DNA of 64,000 bases from an uncultured Solirubrobacterales bacterium (GTDB lineage Bacteria; Actinomycetota; Thermoleophilia; Solirubrobacterales; Thermoleophilaceae), in contig OY970353.1 in the NCBI GenBank assembly GCA_963718495.1, forward strand, positions 3,474,988 to 3,538,987, in the 5' to 3' direction. Made by a program: the position numbers and the translations under genes. Positions 50,662-60,893 of the stretch are shown piece after piece. The notes beneath the pieces were generated by a model. It saw only the letters and a list, made by a program, of their open reading frames with translations, had not been told where the DNA came from and did not search any database. Each line of letters begins with the position of its first letter. Position 1 is the stretch's first letter.

Positions 50662-51102
50662 GTGGGAAGCAAGCGGGCAGAACGGCAGGGGATCGTCGGC
50701 GGCTCGCCGCAGGCGTGCTTCGACGCGCTCGTCGAGTTCGAGACCTATCCCGAGTGGCAGGCGGCCGTGAAGGAGTGCACGGTCCACACGCGCGACGGCG
50801 CGGGGCACGGCAAGCGCGTGGAGTTCAAGATCGACGCGAAAATCCGCTCGGTGTCGTACACGCTCGACTACAGCTACGACGAGCCCCACCTGCTCGCGTG
50901 GAAGTACGTCGAGGGCGACGTGAAGGATGTCGACGGCGAGTTCCTTCTCGAGGACCTCGGCGACGGCACGACCCTCGCCACCTACTCGCTGCGCATCGAT
51001 CCTGGCCTCTGGCTCCCGGGCAAGATCGTGTCGCTGCTCACCGACCAGGTGATGCAGCGCTCCGTCGACGACCTGAAGACGCGCGTCGAGGCCCGCGGCT
51101 GA
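50662..51102 (+). CDS. SRPBCC family protein
   Basis: ..CFDALVEFETYPEWQAAVKEC.. START-like. Confidence 0.65.
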   Translation: MGSKRAERQGIVGGSPQACFDALVEFETYPEWQAAVKECTVHTRDGAGHGKRVEFKIDAKIRSVSYTLDYSYDEPHLLAWKYVEGDVKDVDGEFLLEDLGDGTTLATYSLRIDPGLWLPGKIVSLLTDQVMQRSVDDLKTRVEARG

Positions 51103-51110
51103 CCGCCGGC

Positions 51111-52265
51111 GTGGCACGCACCGCTCTCATCCTGCACTCGTCGGCCGGGCTGTACGGTGCCGACGTCCAGCTGCTCGCGATAGCGCGCGGGCTCGACCCG
51201 GGGCGCTGGCGCGCCGTGTGCGTGCTGCCCGAGAGCGGCGAGCTGGGACCGCTGCTCGAGGACGCCGGGGCACGCGTCGTCGTGCGACCCGGCCTGGCGG
51301 TGCTGCGACGCCGGCTGGCCAACCCCGTGGGCGCGGCACGGCTGGCCCGGGCCGCGCGCGCCGATCGCCGCGAGGTCGGCGCGCTCGCTGCCGAGGCCGG
51401 CGCGGCCGTGATCCACGACAACACGTCGGTCGTCCTGTCCGGCGGCGCCGTGGCGCGCGCGGCGGGCGCCGGTCACGTCGTCCACGTCCGCGAGATCTAC
51501 GCGGGCGCGGGCGGCGCGGCGACGGGAGCGCTGTGGCCTCTCCTGCGGCGGCGCATCCTGCGCGCGGGCGTTGTCGCCTGCATCTCGGAGGCCGTAGCCG
51601 TCCAGTTCGGCGGCGCGCCCAACGTCGCCGTGCTGCGCGACGGCCTGCCGCGCGAGCCTGCCCCACCGCCCCGCGCAGCGGCCCGCGCCGAGCTGGGGGT
51701 CCCGCAGGAGGCGTTCGCCGTCGCCCTCGTCGGGCGGATCAGCGACTGGAAGGGCCAGGACGTGCTCGCCCGCGCGCTCGCCGCGCCGGAGCTCGCCGGG
51801 GTCGGCGCGATCGGCATCGTCGCCGGGGCCCCGGTGCCCGGCGCGGAGGCCGATGCCGCGGCGCTCGACGCGCTGGCAGCCGAGCTCGGCGTGGGCGACA
51901 GGCTCCTGCGCCTCGGCTTCCGGCGCGACGTGGACACCGTCCTCGGAGCCGCGGACGCAGTGGTCGTCCCGTCGAAGCGGCCCGAGCCGCTCGGCCTCGT
52001 CGCGCTCGAGGCCGCGGCCGCCGGCCTGCCCGTGGTGGCGTCCGACGCGGGTGGCGTGGTCGAGGCGGTCGAGCACGGCCGCACGGGCCTGCTGGTCCCG
52101 CCGGATGATCCGGCCGCACTCGCCGCGGCGCTCCGCGAGCTGGCGTCCGATCCGGCGCGCGCCGCCGCGCTCGGCGCGGCGGGCAGGGAGCTTGTGGCCA
52201 GGCGCTTCGGCCGCGACAGGATGCTGGCCGAGCTGCAGACCGCCTACGACCGCGTCGCGCCGTAG
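51111..52265 (+). CDS. glycosyltransferase family 4 (GT-B)
   Basis: GTG 51111 in the frame of ORF 50016..52265. C-terminal motif PSKRPEPLGLVALEAAAAGLPVVASDAGG..E. Confidence 0.8.
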   Translation: MARTALILHSSAGLYGADVQLLAIARGLDPGRWRAVCVLPESGELGPLLEDAGARVVVRPGLAVLRRRLANPVGAARLARAARADRREVGALAAEAGAAVIHDNTSVVLSGGAVARAAGAGHVVHVREIYAGAGGAATGALWPLLRRRILRAGVVACISEAVAVQFGGAPNVAVLRDGLPREPAPPPRAAARAELGVPQEAFAVALVGRISDWKGQDVLARALAAPELAGVGAIGIVAGAPVPGAEADAAALDALAAELGVGDRLLRLGFRRDVDTVLGAADAVVVPSKRPEPLGLVALEAAAAGLPVVASDAGGVVEAVEHGRTGLLVPPDDPAALAAALRELASDPARAAALGAAGRELVARRFGRDRMLAELQTAYDRVAP

Positions 52266-52277
52266 CCCGGGGCCGTC

Positions 52278-53132
52278 TCAGAAACCCGTAGCGGCGCCGG
52301 CCGAGATCGAGATCGCGGCGATGACCGCCGCCACGCCGATCAGCCCCGCGAGCACGGCTGGCACCGCGGCCGGTACGCGCACGCGGTCCGGGACCTCGAA
52401 CAGCAGCAGTGCGGCGAGCATGCCGCCGGCCAGGCCGCCGAGGTGGCCCCCGATCGAGATGCCGGGAATCGTGAACGTGATCAGCAGGTTCAACCCGAGC
52501 CAGATCCCAAGGCCGCTTTCCATCAGGTTCATACCGCGATTGCGCATCAGCACCAGCGCCGCGCCCATCAGGCCGAAGATCGCGCCGGAGGCGCCGACCG
52601 TGGCAGCGTCCGGCTCGAGCAACAGCGCCCCGAACCCGCCGGCGAGCAGGGACACGAAGTAGACGATGGCGAACGGCACCCGTCCCACCGCGGGCTCGAT
52701 CAGGGTGCCGAGCACGTACAGGGCGAACATGTTGAACAGCAGATGCATGAAGCCGGAATGCAGGAAGCCGGACGTGAGCAGGCGCCAGTACTCGCCCTGG
52801 TCGATGGTGAAGCGCGACACCGAGCCGTCGTTGATGATCGTCGACCCGCCGAGGCCGCCGCTGCCGGTGGCACTGGCGCCGGACATCGCGCCGCCGAGCC
52901 AGACGGCGACGTTGATGCCGATCAGGATGTAGGTCAGCGTCGGCTGGTCGCCGGCGAAGGCCACGGAGCCGCCGGAGGGCCGCGCCTTGCGCGTCTTCGT
53001 GGTCTGGCGGGCGCAGTCCGGGCAGCGCATGCCGACCGGGGTGACCGTCATGCAGTCGGGACAGATCGGCCGCTCACAACTGGAGCACGAGACCCCGGTC
53101 TCGCGCCCCGGGTGGCGGTAACAGGTCTGCAC
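52278..53132 (-). CDS. rhomboid family intramembrane serine protease with N-terminal zinc ribbon
   Basis: CYRH..CSSC..CPDC..CPDC, then six TM segments with GASGAIFG (Ser) and GGHLGGLAGG (His). Confidence 0.8.
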   Translation of the reverse strand: MQTCYRHPGRETGVSCSSCERPICPDCMTVTPVGMRCPDCARQTTKTRKARPSGGSVAFAGDQPTLTYILIGINVAVWLGGAMSGASATGSGGLGGSTIINDGSVSRFTIDQGEYWRLLTSGFLHSGFMHLLFNMFALYVLGTLIEPAVGRVPFAIVYFVSLLAGGFGALLLEPDAATVGASGAIFGLMGAALVLMRNRGMNLMESGLGIWLGLNLLITFTIPGISIGGHLGGLAGGMLAALLLFEVPDRVRVPAAVPAVLAGLIGVAAVIAAISISAGAATGF

Positions 53133-53156
53133 GCAGCGGGAGGGTAGTGATCGCTC

Positions 53157-53864
53157 CTACAGCGAGATCGCGAGGACCGGCTCGCCGCTCGGCGACCGGG
53201 AGCCACGCGAGGGCTCACGGGTGAGCATCACGGCATCGGCGCCGCGCAGGTCGGTGTCGACCGCTGTCGCGCCATTGCCGTCCGAGCCGACGTTGAACAG
53301 TGATCCAGGGATCACCTCGTCGCCGCGCTGCACCCAGGCCTGGTACGTCTGGCCGGGAGGCAGGCTCGGCATCCCGTGCACGCGCAGGGTGGCCGCGTCG
53401 CCGTCGTCGGGGATGGAGACGCTCGCCGTCGCACCGGGCATGCCGCTGACCTTCGCCGTCACCACGTGGTCGCCGCTGGCGGCATCGTTGCGGCCGAGGG
53501 CGAAGGCGCCCGCGGCGATCGCCACGACCGCCAGCGCGCTGGCGGCCCACGCCGTGCGCGAACCAGCACGGAAACGGTCGAGGAAGCTCCCGCGCGACTT
53601 CGGCTGGGCGGGCGCGCCGTGCTCGAGCTCGGCCTCGGCCTCGATCTGCGCCATCAGCGCGGTCTTGAGGCCGGGTGAAGGCTGCACCTGCGCCACCGAG
53701 CGCGGTAGCGCGTCGACGGCCGGGCGCAGGCGCTCGATCTCGTCGCGGCAGACGGGGCACTCGTCGAGGTGCTCCTCGAAGGGCGCGACCTCGGCCTCCT
53801 CGAGCGCGCCGAGCAGGTAGGCGCCGACGCTCTCCTCGTGGATCTGATGGCGGTCGACGCTCAT
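53157..53864 (-). CDS. anti-sigma factor (zf-HC2 N-terminus, single TM, RskA-like C-terminal domain)
   Basis: HLDECPVCRDE, TM AWAASALAVVAIAAGAFAL, and a C-terminal ..YQAWV..G..S.G.F.....VMLTREPSRGS.SPSG. ATG overlaps the sigma stop (ATGA). Confidence 0.75.
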   Translation of the reverse strand: MSVDRHQIHEESVGAYLLGALEEAEVAPFEEHLDECPVCRDEIERLRPAVDALPRSVAQVQPSPGLKTALMAQIEAEAELEHGAPAQPKSRGSFLDRFRAGSRTAWAASALAVVAIAAGAFALGRNDAASGDHVVTAKVSGMPGATASVSIPDDGDAATLRVHGMPSLPPGQTYQAWVQRGDEVIPGSLFNVGSDGNGATAVDTDLRGADAVMLTREPSRGSRSPSGEPVLAISL

Positions 53865-54424
53865 GGGGCCGCCACCTCGCCGGCGAGGGATCCACGGAGT
53901 TTTTCGAGACCCAGTCGCATACGTCCCTTGATGGTGCCGATCGGCTGATCCAGCATCGCGGCGATTTCAGAGTGGCTGAAACCGCCGAAGTAGGCAAGTT
54001 CTATTACACGGCACTGCTCGTCGGGCAGTTGTTCGAGCGCCGCCCGGACCGAGCGCGCCTCGAGGCGGCGTGCGGCCTCGACGTCGGTCAGCTCCTTCGC
54101 CTCCTGCCATTCCTCGATGCCCTCGGCGCTCGCGCGCCGCTTGTCGTGCACGAGGTTGCGGCGCAGCGCGTCGATCGCGCGGTGATGGACGATCCCCAGC
54201 ACCCACGTCCGCACGCTGCCGCGGTCGGGCATGTAGCGCAGGCGGCTGCGCCAGATTGAGAGGAAGGCCTCCTGGACGATGTCCTCGGCGGTCACCCGGT
54301 TCGGGACCATCCGGTACGCCACCGAGAACGCGGCGCCCCCGTGGCGGTCGTAGAGCAGCTCGAATGCGCGGGCGTCGCCGGTCTGGACGAGCGCCATCAC
54401 CTCTTCATCGGCGAGGCGGGTCAT
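53861..54424 (-). CDS. ECF sigma factor (SigK-like)
   Basis: Start ATG 54424. Sigma-2 (EDIVQEAFLSIWR), and sigma-4 (LPDEQCRVIELAYFGGFSHSEIAAMLDQPIGTIKGRMR). Confidence 0.85.
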   Translation of the reverse strand: MTRLADEEVMALVQTGDARAFELLYDRHGGAAFSVAYRMVPNRVTAEDIVQEAFLSIWRSRLRYMPDRGSVRTWVLGIVHHRAIDALRRNLVHDKRRASAEGIEEWQEAKELTDVEAARRLEARSVRAALEQLPDEQCRVIELAYFGGFSHSEIAAMLDQPIGTIKGRMRLGLEKLRGSLAGEVAAP

Positions 54425-54487
54425 GTATTCGTTCTTGCCCACGGTTGTAGGTGTGTACGCGCCCAACCCTCCGCTGGATCATGGAGA

Positions 54488-54913
54488 ATGCCCGCCGTGG
54501 AGACGAATTCCCCAGCGCAGGTGTTCGCGTTCGTCATCGGTGTCCTGTTGGTGATCGGCGGCATCATCGGCTTCTTCTACGAAGCGGCTTTCTCCACGGG
54601 CGACTCACTCGACCGCGCCGCGGCGCTCGGGATCCTGGATGTGAACGGCTGGCACAACACGGTGCACCTTCTCACGGGAATCGTCGGGCTGCTAGTGGTG
54701 GGATCGCGTGACGCGGCGCGGGCCTTCGCGCTCGTGGTCGGCATCGCCTACACACTGCTTGGGATCGTCGGCCTGGCCATGGGCGACGACGAGGTGCTGT
54801 TCAGCCTGATCCCGCTGAACACGGAGGACAACATCCTGCACCTCCTGATCGGGTTCGCGGGCATCGCCGCGTACGGTGCCGGCGCCGACGCGCCGGACCC
54901 CTCGACGACTTAG
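54488..54913 (+). CDS. DUF4383-like membrane protein
   Basis: ATG 54488. Four TM segments with ..NGWHNTVHLLTG.. and ..DNILHLLIG.. Confidence 0.6.
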   Translation: MPAVETNSPAQVFAFVIGVLLVIGGIIGFFYEAAFSTGDSLDRAAALGILDVNGWHNTVHLLTGIVGLLVVGSRDAARAFALVVGIAYTLLGIVGLAMGDDEVLFSLIPLNTEDNILHLLIGFAGIAAYGAGADAPDPSTT

Positions 54914-54919
54914 AGCGAA

Positions 54920-55255
54920 CTAGCGGTCGAGGCGCTTCTGCAGGTCGTCGGCGACCTGACGCATGCTCTTCTCGAGCGCGTCGATCCCGCTGCCCTGCTT
55001 CTTGCGATGCTGCTGACGGGCGCGGACGAGGACGAGGGCGCCGGCGGCGGCAGTGCCGACGACCGTGGCGGCCACGGGGCGCACCCAGTTGCGCGGGTCG
55101 CGCATCGTGGAGAGCTCCCAGTCGGCCAGCTCGTCGGCCGCGAGGTCGGTGATCTCGGTGAGGCTGCGCTCCAGCCGGTCGGTCAGCCGCTCGGACGGCT
55201 CGACGGGCACGAGCGCGGAGCGCAGCAGCGCCTCGACGTCGCCCAGTTCAGTCAT
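54920..55255 (-). CDS. single-TM protein translationally coupled to an ECF sigma (possible anti-sigma)
   Basis: ATG 55255 overlaps the sigma stop (ATGA). TM VRPVAATVVGTAAAGALVLV. No zf-HC2 motif. Confidence 0.4.
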   Translation of the reverse strand: MTELGDVEALLRSALVPVEPSERLTDRLERSLTEITDLAADELADWELSTMRDPRNWVRPVAATVVGTAAAGALVLVRARQQHRKKQGSGIDALEKSMRQVADDLQKRLDR

Positions 55256-55791
55256 GCCGGGTCACCTTCCGTCTCCCGCAGCTCCTGCTCGAGCTGCTTG
55301 ATCGCTCGATGAATCAACACCTTGGTCGCTCCCTCGCTGCGGTCGAGGGCGCGCGCGATCTCCTTGTTGTCCATGTCGAGCGCGAACCGCATGATCAGCG
55401 CCTCGCGCCGATCGTCCGGCAGGTTCGAGACTCCCTCGAGCACGGCGCGCAGCTCCTGCCGGCCCTCGACGAGGTCCTCCGTGTCGTGTGGAGCGGACAC
55501 GATCGCCGCATCCTCGAGCTGCGTCTGCGGGCGCCGCGAGCGGTCGCGGTAGTAGTTCGCCGCGAGGTTGTGCGCGATCCGGATCAGCCACGGCCGCAGC
55601 GGGCGCCCGTTCGACTCGCGCTGGGCGCGCTCGAAGTGCCGGTATGCCTGCAGGAAGGTCTGCTCCGTGAGGTCCTCGGCGTCGTGGTGATTCCCCACCC
55701 GGTAGTACGAGTAGCTGTACACGTCCCGCAGGTGCGTCGAGTAGAGCTCGGTGAAGTCGGCGTCGAGCCGGATCTTGTCTGCTTGTTCCAC
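55252..55791 (-). CDS. ECF sigma factor
   Basis: Sigma-2 (AEDLTEQTFLQAYRHF, PWLIRIAHNLAANYYR). Sigma-4 (LPDDRREALIMRFALDMDNKEIARALDRSEGATKVLIHRA). Confidence 0.85.
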   Translation of the reverse strand: MEQADKIRLDADFTELYSTHLRDVYSYSYYRVGNHHDAEDLTEQTFLQAYRHFERAQRESNGRPLRPWLIRIAHNLAANYYRDRSRRPQTQLEDAAIVSAPHDTEDLVEGRQELRAVLEGVSNLPDDRREALIMRFALDMDNKEIARALDRSEGATKVLIHRAIKQLEQELRETEGDPA

Positions 55792-55820
55792 GCATCGCCC
55801 AGCCTACCCCGGGGGGCCTC

Positions 55821-56579
55821 TCAGGCCGCCGTGAGCTCCGCCTCTCGGGCGGGCTCTGCCTCGCGCTCGGGAACTTCGCCGCCGAGCCAGGCCCATTGGA
55901 GCTCGACGCACGGCCAGATCCGCGACGTGACCGCGGCGGCCAGGCCGTGGGACGGATCGTCGACGCGCGGGAAGGTGAGGGGACGACCGCAGCGGATGCG
56001 GACCTTGGCGGGCCGGATCAGCCAGCCGCGGCGGACGTTCGCGGTGCCGCGCACGGCCACGGGAACGATGGGCACGCCGGCCTCGAGCGCCATGCGGCCG
56101 ACGCCGCGCCGCGGTTCGCGCAGCGGGCCGGTGCGGTGGCGGGTGCCCTCGGGGAAGATCACCACGGCCTCCCCGCGCGCGAGCAGCTCGAGAGCCGTGG
56201 CCATCGAATCGTCGTCGGACTGGCCGCGCTTGATCGGGAAGGCGCCGAGGCTGTTGAGGAACCAGGCCTGGAGCCGGCTGTCGAACAGCTCCTTCTTGGC
56301 GACGAAGTAGATCGGCCGCTTGAGGCAGGCGCCGATGACGAACGGGTCGAGGAAGCTGCGGTGGTTGGCCGCGAGGATCACGCCGCCGTCCGGGACGTGC
56401 TCGTGCCCTTCGCGGCGCAGACGGAAGTAGACGAGGAAGAACGGGAGGAGCACCGCGCGCACGGGCCAGTAGACGAACGGGTTGACCCCGCGCCTGCGGG
56501 CTCGCTCGTGGTGGGGTGAGAGCCGCTGGTCCTCGCCGTCGGTCGGCGGGGCGGGCGGCAGTGAGACGCGCGTCGCCAT
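55821..56579 (-). CDS. plsC: 1-acyl-sn-glycerol-3-phosphate acyltransferase family (LPLAT)
   Basis: HX4D motif NHRSFLD and the FPEGTR motif. Confidence 0.8.
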   Translation of the reverse strand: MATRVSLPPAPPTDGEDQRLSPHHERARRRGVNPFVYWPVRAVLLPFFLVYFRLRREGHEHVPDGGVILAANHRSFLDPFVIGACLKRPIYFVAKKELFDSRLQAWFLNSLGAFPIKRGQSDDDSMATALELLARGEAVVIFPEGTRHRTGPLREPRRGVGRMALEAGVPIVPVAVRGTANVRRGWLIRPAKVRIRCGRPLTFPRVDDPSHGLAAAVTSRIWPCVELQWAWLGGEVPEREAEPAREAELTAA

Positions 56580-56626
56580 CTCCCTCCCCTACCCGGACAG
56601 CTCTGTCCCGTTACGCTCCGGAAGGA

Positions 56627-57157
56627 GTGGAGACCAGGCGTACAGTCAACGGAGCAATCGCCGGCGCGGTCGCCGCGGCCGTGTGGGCGGCCCAGCAGCC
56701 GGCCGACAAGCGTGCCTTCGGGGTCGACTACGACGACGTCGAGCTGCTCGGCAAGGCGGTCACCAAGGGCGACGGCTGGCAGCTGCCCGGTCTCGCCATC
56801 CACCTCGCCAACGGCGCCGCCTTCGGCGCCTCGTACGCGCACCTGCGCCCGTTCATCCCCGGCCCGCCGGCCGCCAGGGGCCTCGCAGCCGCGACCGTAG
56901 AGCATCTGGCCACGTGGCCGATGCTGGCGCTGGTCGAGCGTTACCACCCGCGCTCCCATGAGCTGCCCAAGGTCTTCGGCCGCCGCAACGCCTTCCTCCA
57001 GTCGTTCTGGCGCCACGCCCTCTTCGGGCTGGTGCTGGGCGAGCTCGAGCGCCGCCTCAACACCGAGGACGAGGACGAGCCGCCGGAGATTCCCGTGTCG
57101 TCGAACGGTCACGGGAACATCGAGCTGGTCGTAGCGGACGCCGACGCCGACGCCTAG
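56627..57157 (+). CDS. hypothetical membrane protein
   Basis: In the frame of ORF 56516..57157. Start is uncertain (GTG 56627 directly follows GAAGGAG). Has hydrophobic segments. Confidence 0.4.
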   Translation: METRRTVNGAIAGAVAAAVWAAQQPADKRAFGVDYDDVELLGKAVTKGDGWQLPGLAIHLANGAAFGASYAHLRPFIPGPPAARGLAAATVEHLATWPMLALVERYHPRSHELPKVFGRRNAFLQSFWRHALFGLVLGELERRLNTEDEDEPPEIPVSSNGHGNIELVVADADADA

Positions 57158-57198
57158 GCGGCTTCGGGGCCGCCGGGGCGCCTAGACTCGTGCCTCGC

Positions 57199-57271
57199 GC
57201 CGGAGTAGCTCAGTTGGTAGAGCACCCGCCTTGTAAGCGGACGGCCACCGGTTCGAGTCCGGTCTCCGGCT
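57199..57271 (+). tRNA. tRNA-Thr (anticodon TGT)
   Basis: Manual cloverleaf. Acceptor GCCGGAG/CTCCGGC, D arm GCTC-AGTTGGTA-GAGC, anticodon loop CTTGTAA, T arm ACCGG-TTCGAGT-CCGGT. No encoded CCA. Confidence 0.9.
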
Positions 57272-57277
57272 TCCCGC

Positions 57278-57700
57278 ATGAGCGCTTCAGACCGCCCCCA
57301 GATCGCAACCGACGAGGACCGGATCGGCCCGGGGCCGTTCGCGGCGCTGCTCGGGTTCCGGGTGATCCAGGCCGATGAGGAAGGCGCGCTCATCGAGACC
57401 GATCCGCAGCCGGAGCATCTCAACGGCGGCGGCATCGTTCACGGCGGCTACCTGACCGCGTTGCTCGACAGCACGACGGGGTGGGCGGTCCACGCCCAGC
57501 TTCCCGACGGTGCCCCCGCCCCTCACATCCAGCTCAGCGTCCAGTTCGTGCGGGCGGCACTGCCGGGAACGACGCTGATCTGCCGCGGCCGGTGCGTGAA
57601 GGCCGGCCGGCGGATCGCCTCCGCCGAGGCGGAGATCACCCAGGGCGAGCACGTGATCGCACGAGCGGTCACGAGCCACGCGGTGCTGTCGACGGGCTGA
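57278..57700 (+). CDS. PaaI-family hotdog thioesterase
   Basis: ..NGGGIVHGGYLTALLDSTTGWAV.. motif. Confidence 0.75.
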   Translation: MSASDRPQIATDEDRIGPGPFAALLGFRVIQADEEGALIETDPQPEHLNGGGIVHGGYLTALLDSTTGWAVHAQLPDGAPAPHIQLSVQFVRAALPGTTLICRGRCVKAGRRIASAEAEITQGEHVIARAVTSHAVLSTG

Positions 57701-57724
57701 GCCCGCCCTGGGCGCTCCCTCGAC

Positions 57725-57901
57725 TTAGGCGGCTCGGCCGCCTCCGCCGAAGCGGCTGCCGAGCCCGAAGCCACCGCTCGGGACGCCGGCGATGAGGATC
57801 AGGATCGCGGCCACCAGGCCGAGGATCGCGGATCCGGTGAGCGCTACGAGCAGCATGTATGCGAGCGCCGCGACCAGCAGTGTGATGATGATTCCGATCA
57901 T
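57725..57901 (-). CDS. 58-aa two-TM small membrane protein (below the ORF-track cutoff)
   Basis: Manual translation gives MIGIIITLLVAALAYMLLVALTGSAILGLVAAILILIAGVPSGGFGLGSRFGGGGRAA*. GGAGGAG lies 6 nt upstream of ATG 57901. Confidence 0.45.
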   Translation of the reverse strand: MIGIIITLLVAALAYMLLVALTGSAILGLVAAILILIAGVPSGGFGLGSRFGGGGRAA

Positions 57902-57954
57902 GGTTCACTCCTCCTTAGAGTGGGGGTGTGAACCGGCGTTGCCCACGGTGAATC

Positions 57955-57969
57955 GCCCGGAAACCGGGC
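57955..57969 (-). terminator. short hairpin downstream of the sigH-like gene
   Basis: GCCCGG-aaa-CCGGGC. No U-tract, so weak. Confidence 0.2.
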
Positions 57970-57985
57970 TATTCGTCCAGGGGGC

Positions 57986-58645
57986 TTAAACGGGCACTGC
58001 GCGCGAGTCCAGATGCGCCCCGACCTTGCGCTTCACCCGCTGGAGGGCGTTGTCGACCGTCTTGGTGTCGCAATCCAGCCGCTCGGCGATGACCTCGTAG
58101 GAACGACCGTCGAGATAGAGCGACAGAACGGCGCTCTCGAGCTCGGACAGCACGCTCGACAGGCACGCCACGAGGCTGCGCAGCTCCTCGCTGGAGATCA
58201 CCTGGTTCACCGGATCGTGCACCGTCGGGCCGGGCAGCAGTTCGTCGAGCGTCGGATCGCCGTCGCCACCGGACGCGGCCGGCGTCTGTGAGAAGGACAC
58301 GTACTCGTTGAGCGGCGTGTGCTTGTTGCGGGTCGAGGTCTTCACCGCAGTGATGATCTGGCGGGTGATGCAGAGCTCCGCGAAGTTGCGGAAGCTCGAC
58401 TCGCGGTCCGTGCGGAAGTCCCGTACGGCCTTGTAGAGGCCGACGAGGCCCTCCTGGATGAGGTCGTCGGAGTCGCCTCCGATGAGGAAGTACGAGCTCG
58501 CCTTCAGCCGTACGAAGCCGTGGTAGCGCTTGACGATCTTGTCGTACGCATCCGGCCTGCCCTGCTTGGCGAGGGCGATGAGGTAGTTGTCCTCAAGCTC
58601 AACTTTAGCTTGAGAGTTCGGCGTGATTTGGGGTGCTGCAGCCAT
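57986..58645 (-). CDS. sigH: SigH-type (Bacillus sigma-H-like) sigma-70 family factor
   Basis: ATG 58645 with GGAAGGAG 6 nt upstream. Long colinear matches to B. subtilis SigH as I recall it: RLKASSYFLIGGDSDDLIQEGLVGLYKAVRDF, SFRNFAELCITRQIITAVKTSTRNKHTPLN, VLSLYLDGRSYEVIAERL..TKTVDNALQRVKRK. Confidence 0.8.
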   Translation of the reverse strand: MAAAPQITPNSQAKVELEDNYLIALAKQGRPDAYDKIVKRYHGFVRLKASSYFLIGGDSDDLIQEGLVGLYKAVRDFRTDRESSFRNFAELCITRQIITAVKTSTRNKHTPLNEYVSFSQTPAASGGDGDPTLDELLPGPTVHDPVNQVISSEELRSLVACLSSVLSELESAVLSLYLDGRSYEVIAERLDCDTKTVDNALQRVKRKVGAHLDSRAVPV

Positions 58646-58771
58646 GACGGACTCCTTCCAGGTCCCCTGCAAGAAGGGCCCAGTAAGGTCATGGACGCGT
58701 TACCTCCCCTGGCGCCGCGTTCATATGCCGGCTGAAGTCTGAAGCTCCAGTCCAGCCTTATATTCCGCGGC

Positions 58772-58800
58772 AGTCTGACGGCGTTATGTCGCCCTGTCAA
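58772..58800 (-). promoter_or_regulatory. candidate promoter for the sigH-like gene (TTGACA-17 nt-CAGACT)
   Basis: TTGACA on the minus strand at 58800-58795, inside the rlmB 3' end. The -10 is weak. Confidence 0.25.
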
Positions 58801-59499
58801 GACCTCCGCCGCGAAAATGCAAGATCCCGTACAAGACGGCCGCAGCTGCCGTGGCGACGTTCAGCGAGCTGACCTGCCCGTGCTGCGGAAGCCGCACCAG
58901 CTGGTCGCACGCGCCGGCCACCCGCGGGCGGAGCCCTCTTCCTTCCGAGCCGAGCACGATGACGGCCCGGCCGGAGTAGTCGGGCGCGTCGTAGGGCACC
59001 GCCGCCGGGTCCGCCGCCGCGCCATAGACCCACGCCCCCGTCTCCTTCGCGTCGGCAAGCCAGTTGGCGAGGTTGCCCACCCGGGCCACCACCAGGTGCT
59101 CCGCCGCCCCGGCCGACGCCTTGCACGCGGCCGGCGTGACCTCGGCGCTGCGCCGGTCCGGAATCACGAGCCCGGTGATCCCCGCTGACTCGGCCACCCT
59201 GATCACCGCGCCGAGGTTCTGCGGGTCCTGCACCTCGTCGAGCGCGACCACGAGGGCGTCGTCGTCGACGAGCATGCGCGACGGATCGCCGTACGGGTAG
59301 CCGCCGGCCTCCGCGCAGATGCCCTGGTGATCGGGCGATTCGCAGATGCCCTCGATCCGGTGCGCCTGAACGACCTGGACGTCGACCCCCGCGAGCCAGG
59401 GCTCCTGCGCGGCGCTCTCGGTTGCCCACACGTGCTCGATCTGGGACTGCCGCCGCCCGCGCAGAGCCTCGCGGACGGGGTTGCGGCCGTAGACGACCA

Positions 59500-59500
<1 letters not shown>
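58784..59500 (-). CDS. rlmB: 23S rRNA (guanosine-2'-O)-methyltransferase RlmB / TrmH (SpoU) family
   Basis: The last 238 aa of ORF 58784..61024, starting at ATG 59500 (overlaps the cysS TGA). ..DEVQDPQNLGAVIRVAESAG.., ..VLGSEGRGLR.., ..SLNVATAAAAVLY. Confidence 0.85.
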
Positions 59501-60864
<1,364 letters not shown>

Positions 60865-60893
60865 CGCCGCAGCGTATCCGCGAAAATCCCGAC

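Noticed and set aside
57199-57985. tRNA-Thr as an integration hotspot or genomic-island boundary
   Set aside because: There is no integrase, no direct repeat of the tRNA 3' end and no foreign-looking genes nearby. The neighbours are small housekeeping-type genes.
60865-60893. T-box or riboswitch leader upstream of cysS (and likewise upstream of lysA)
   Set aside because: The spacers are only 29 nt and 13 nt, too short for any known leader RNA.
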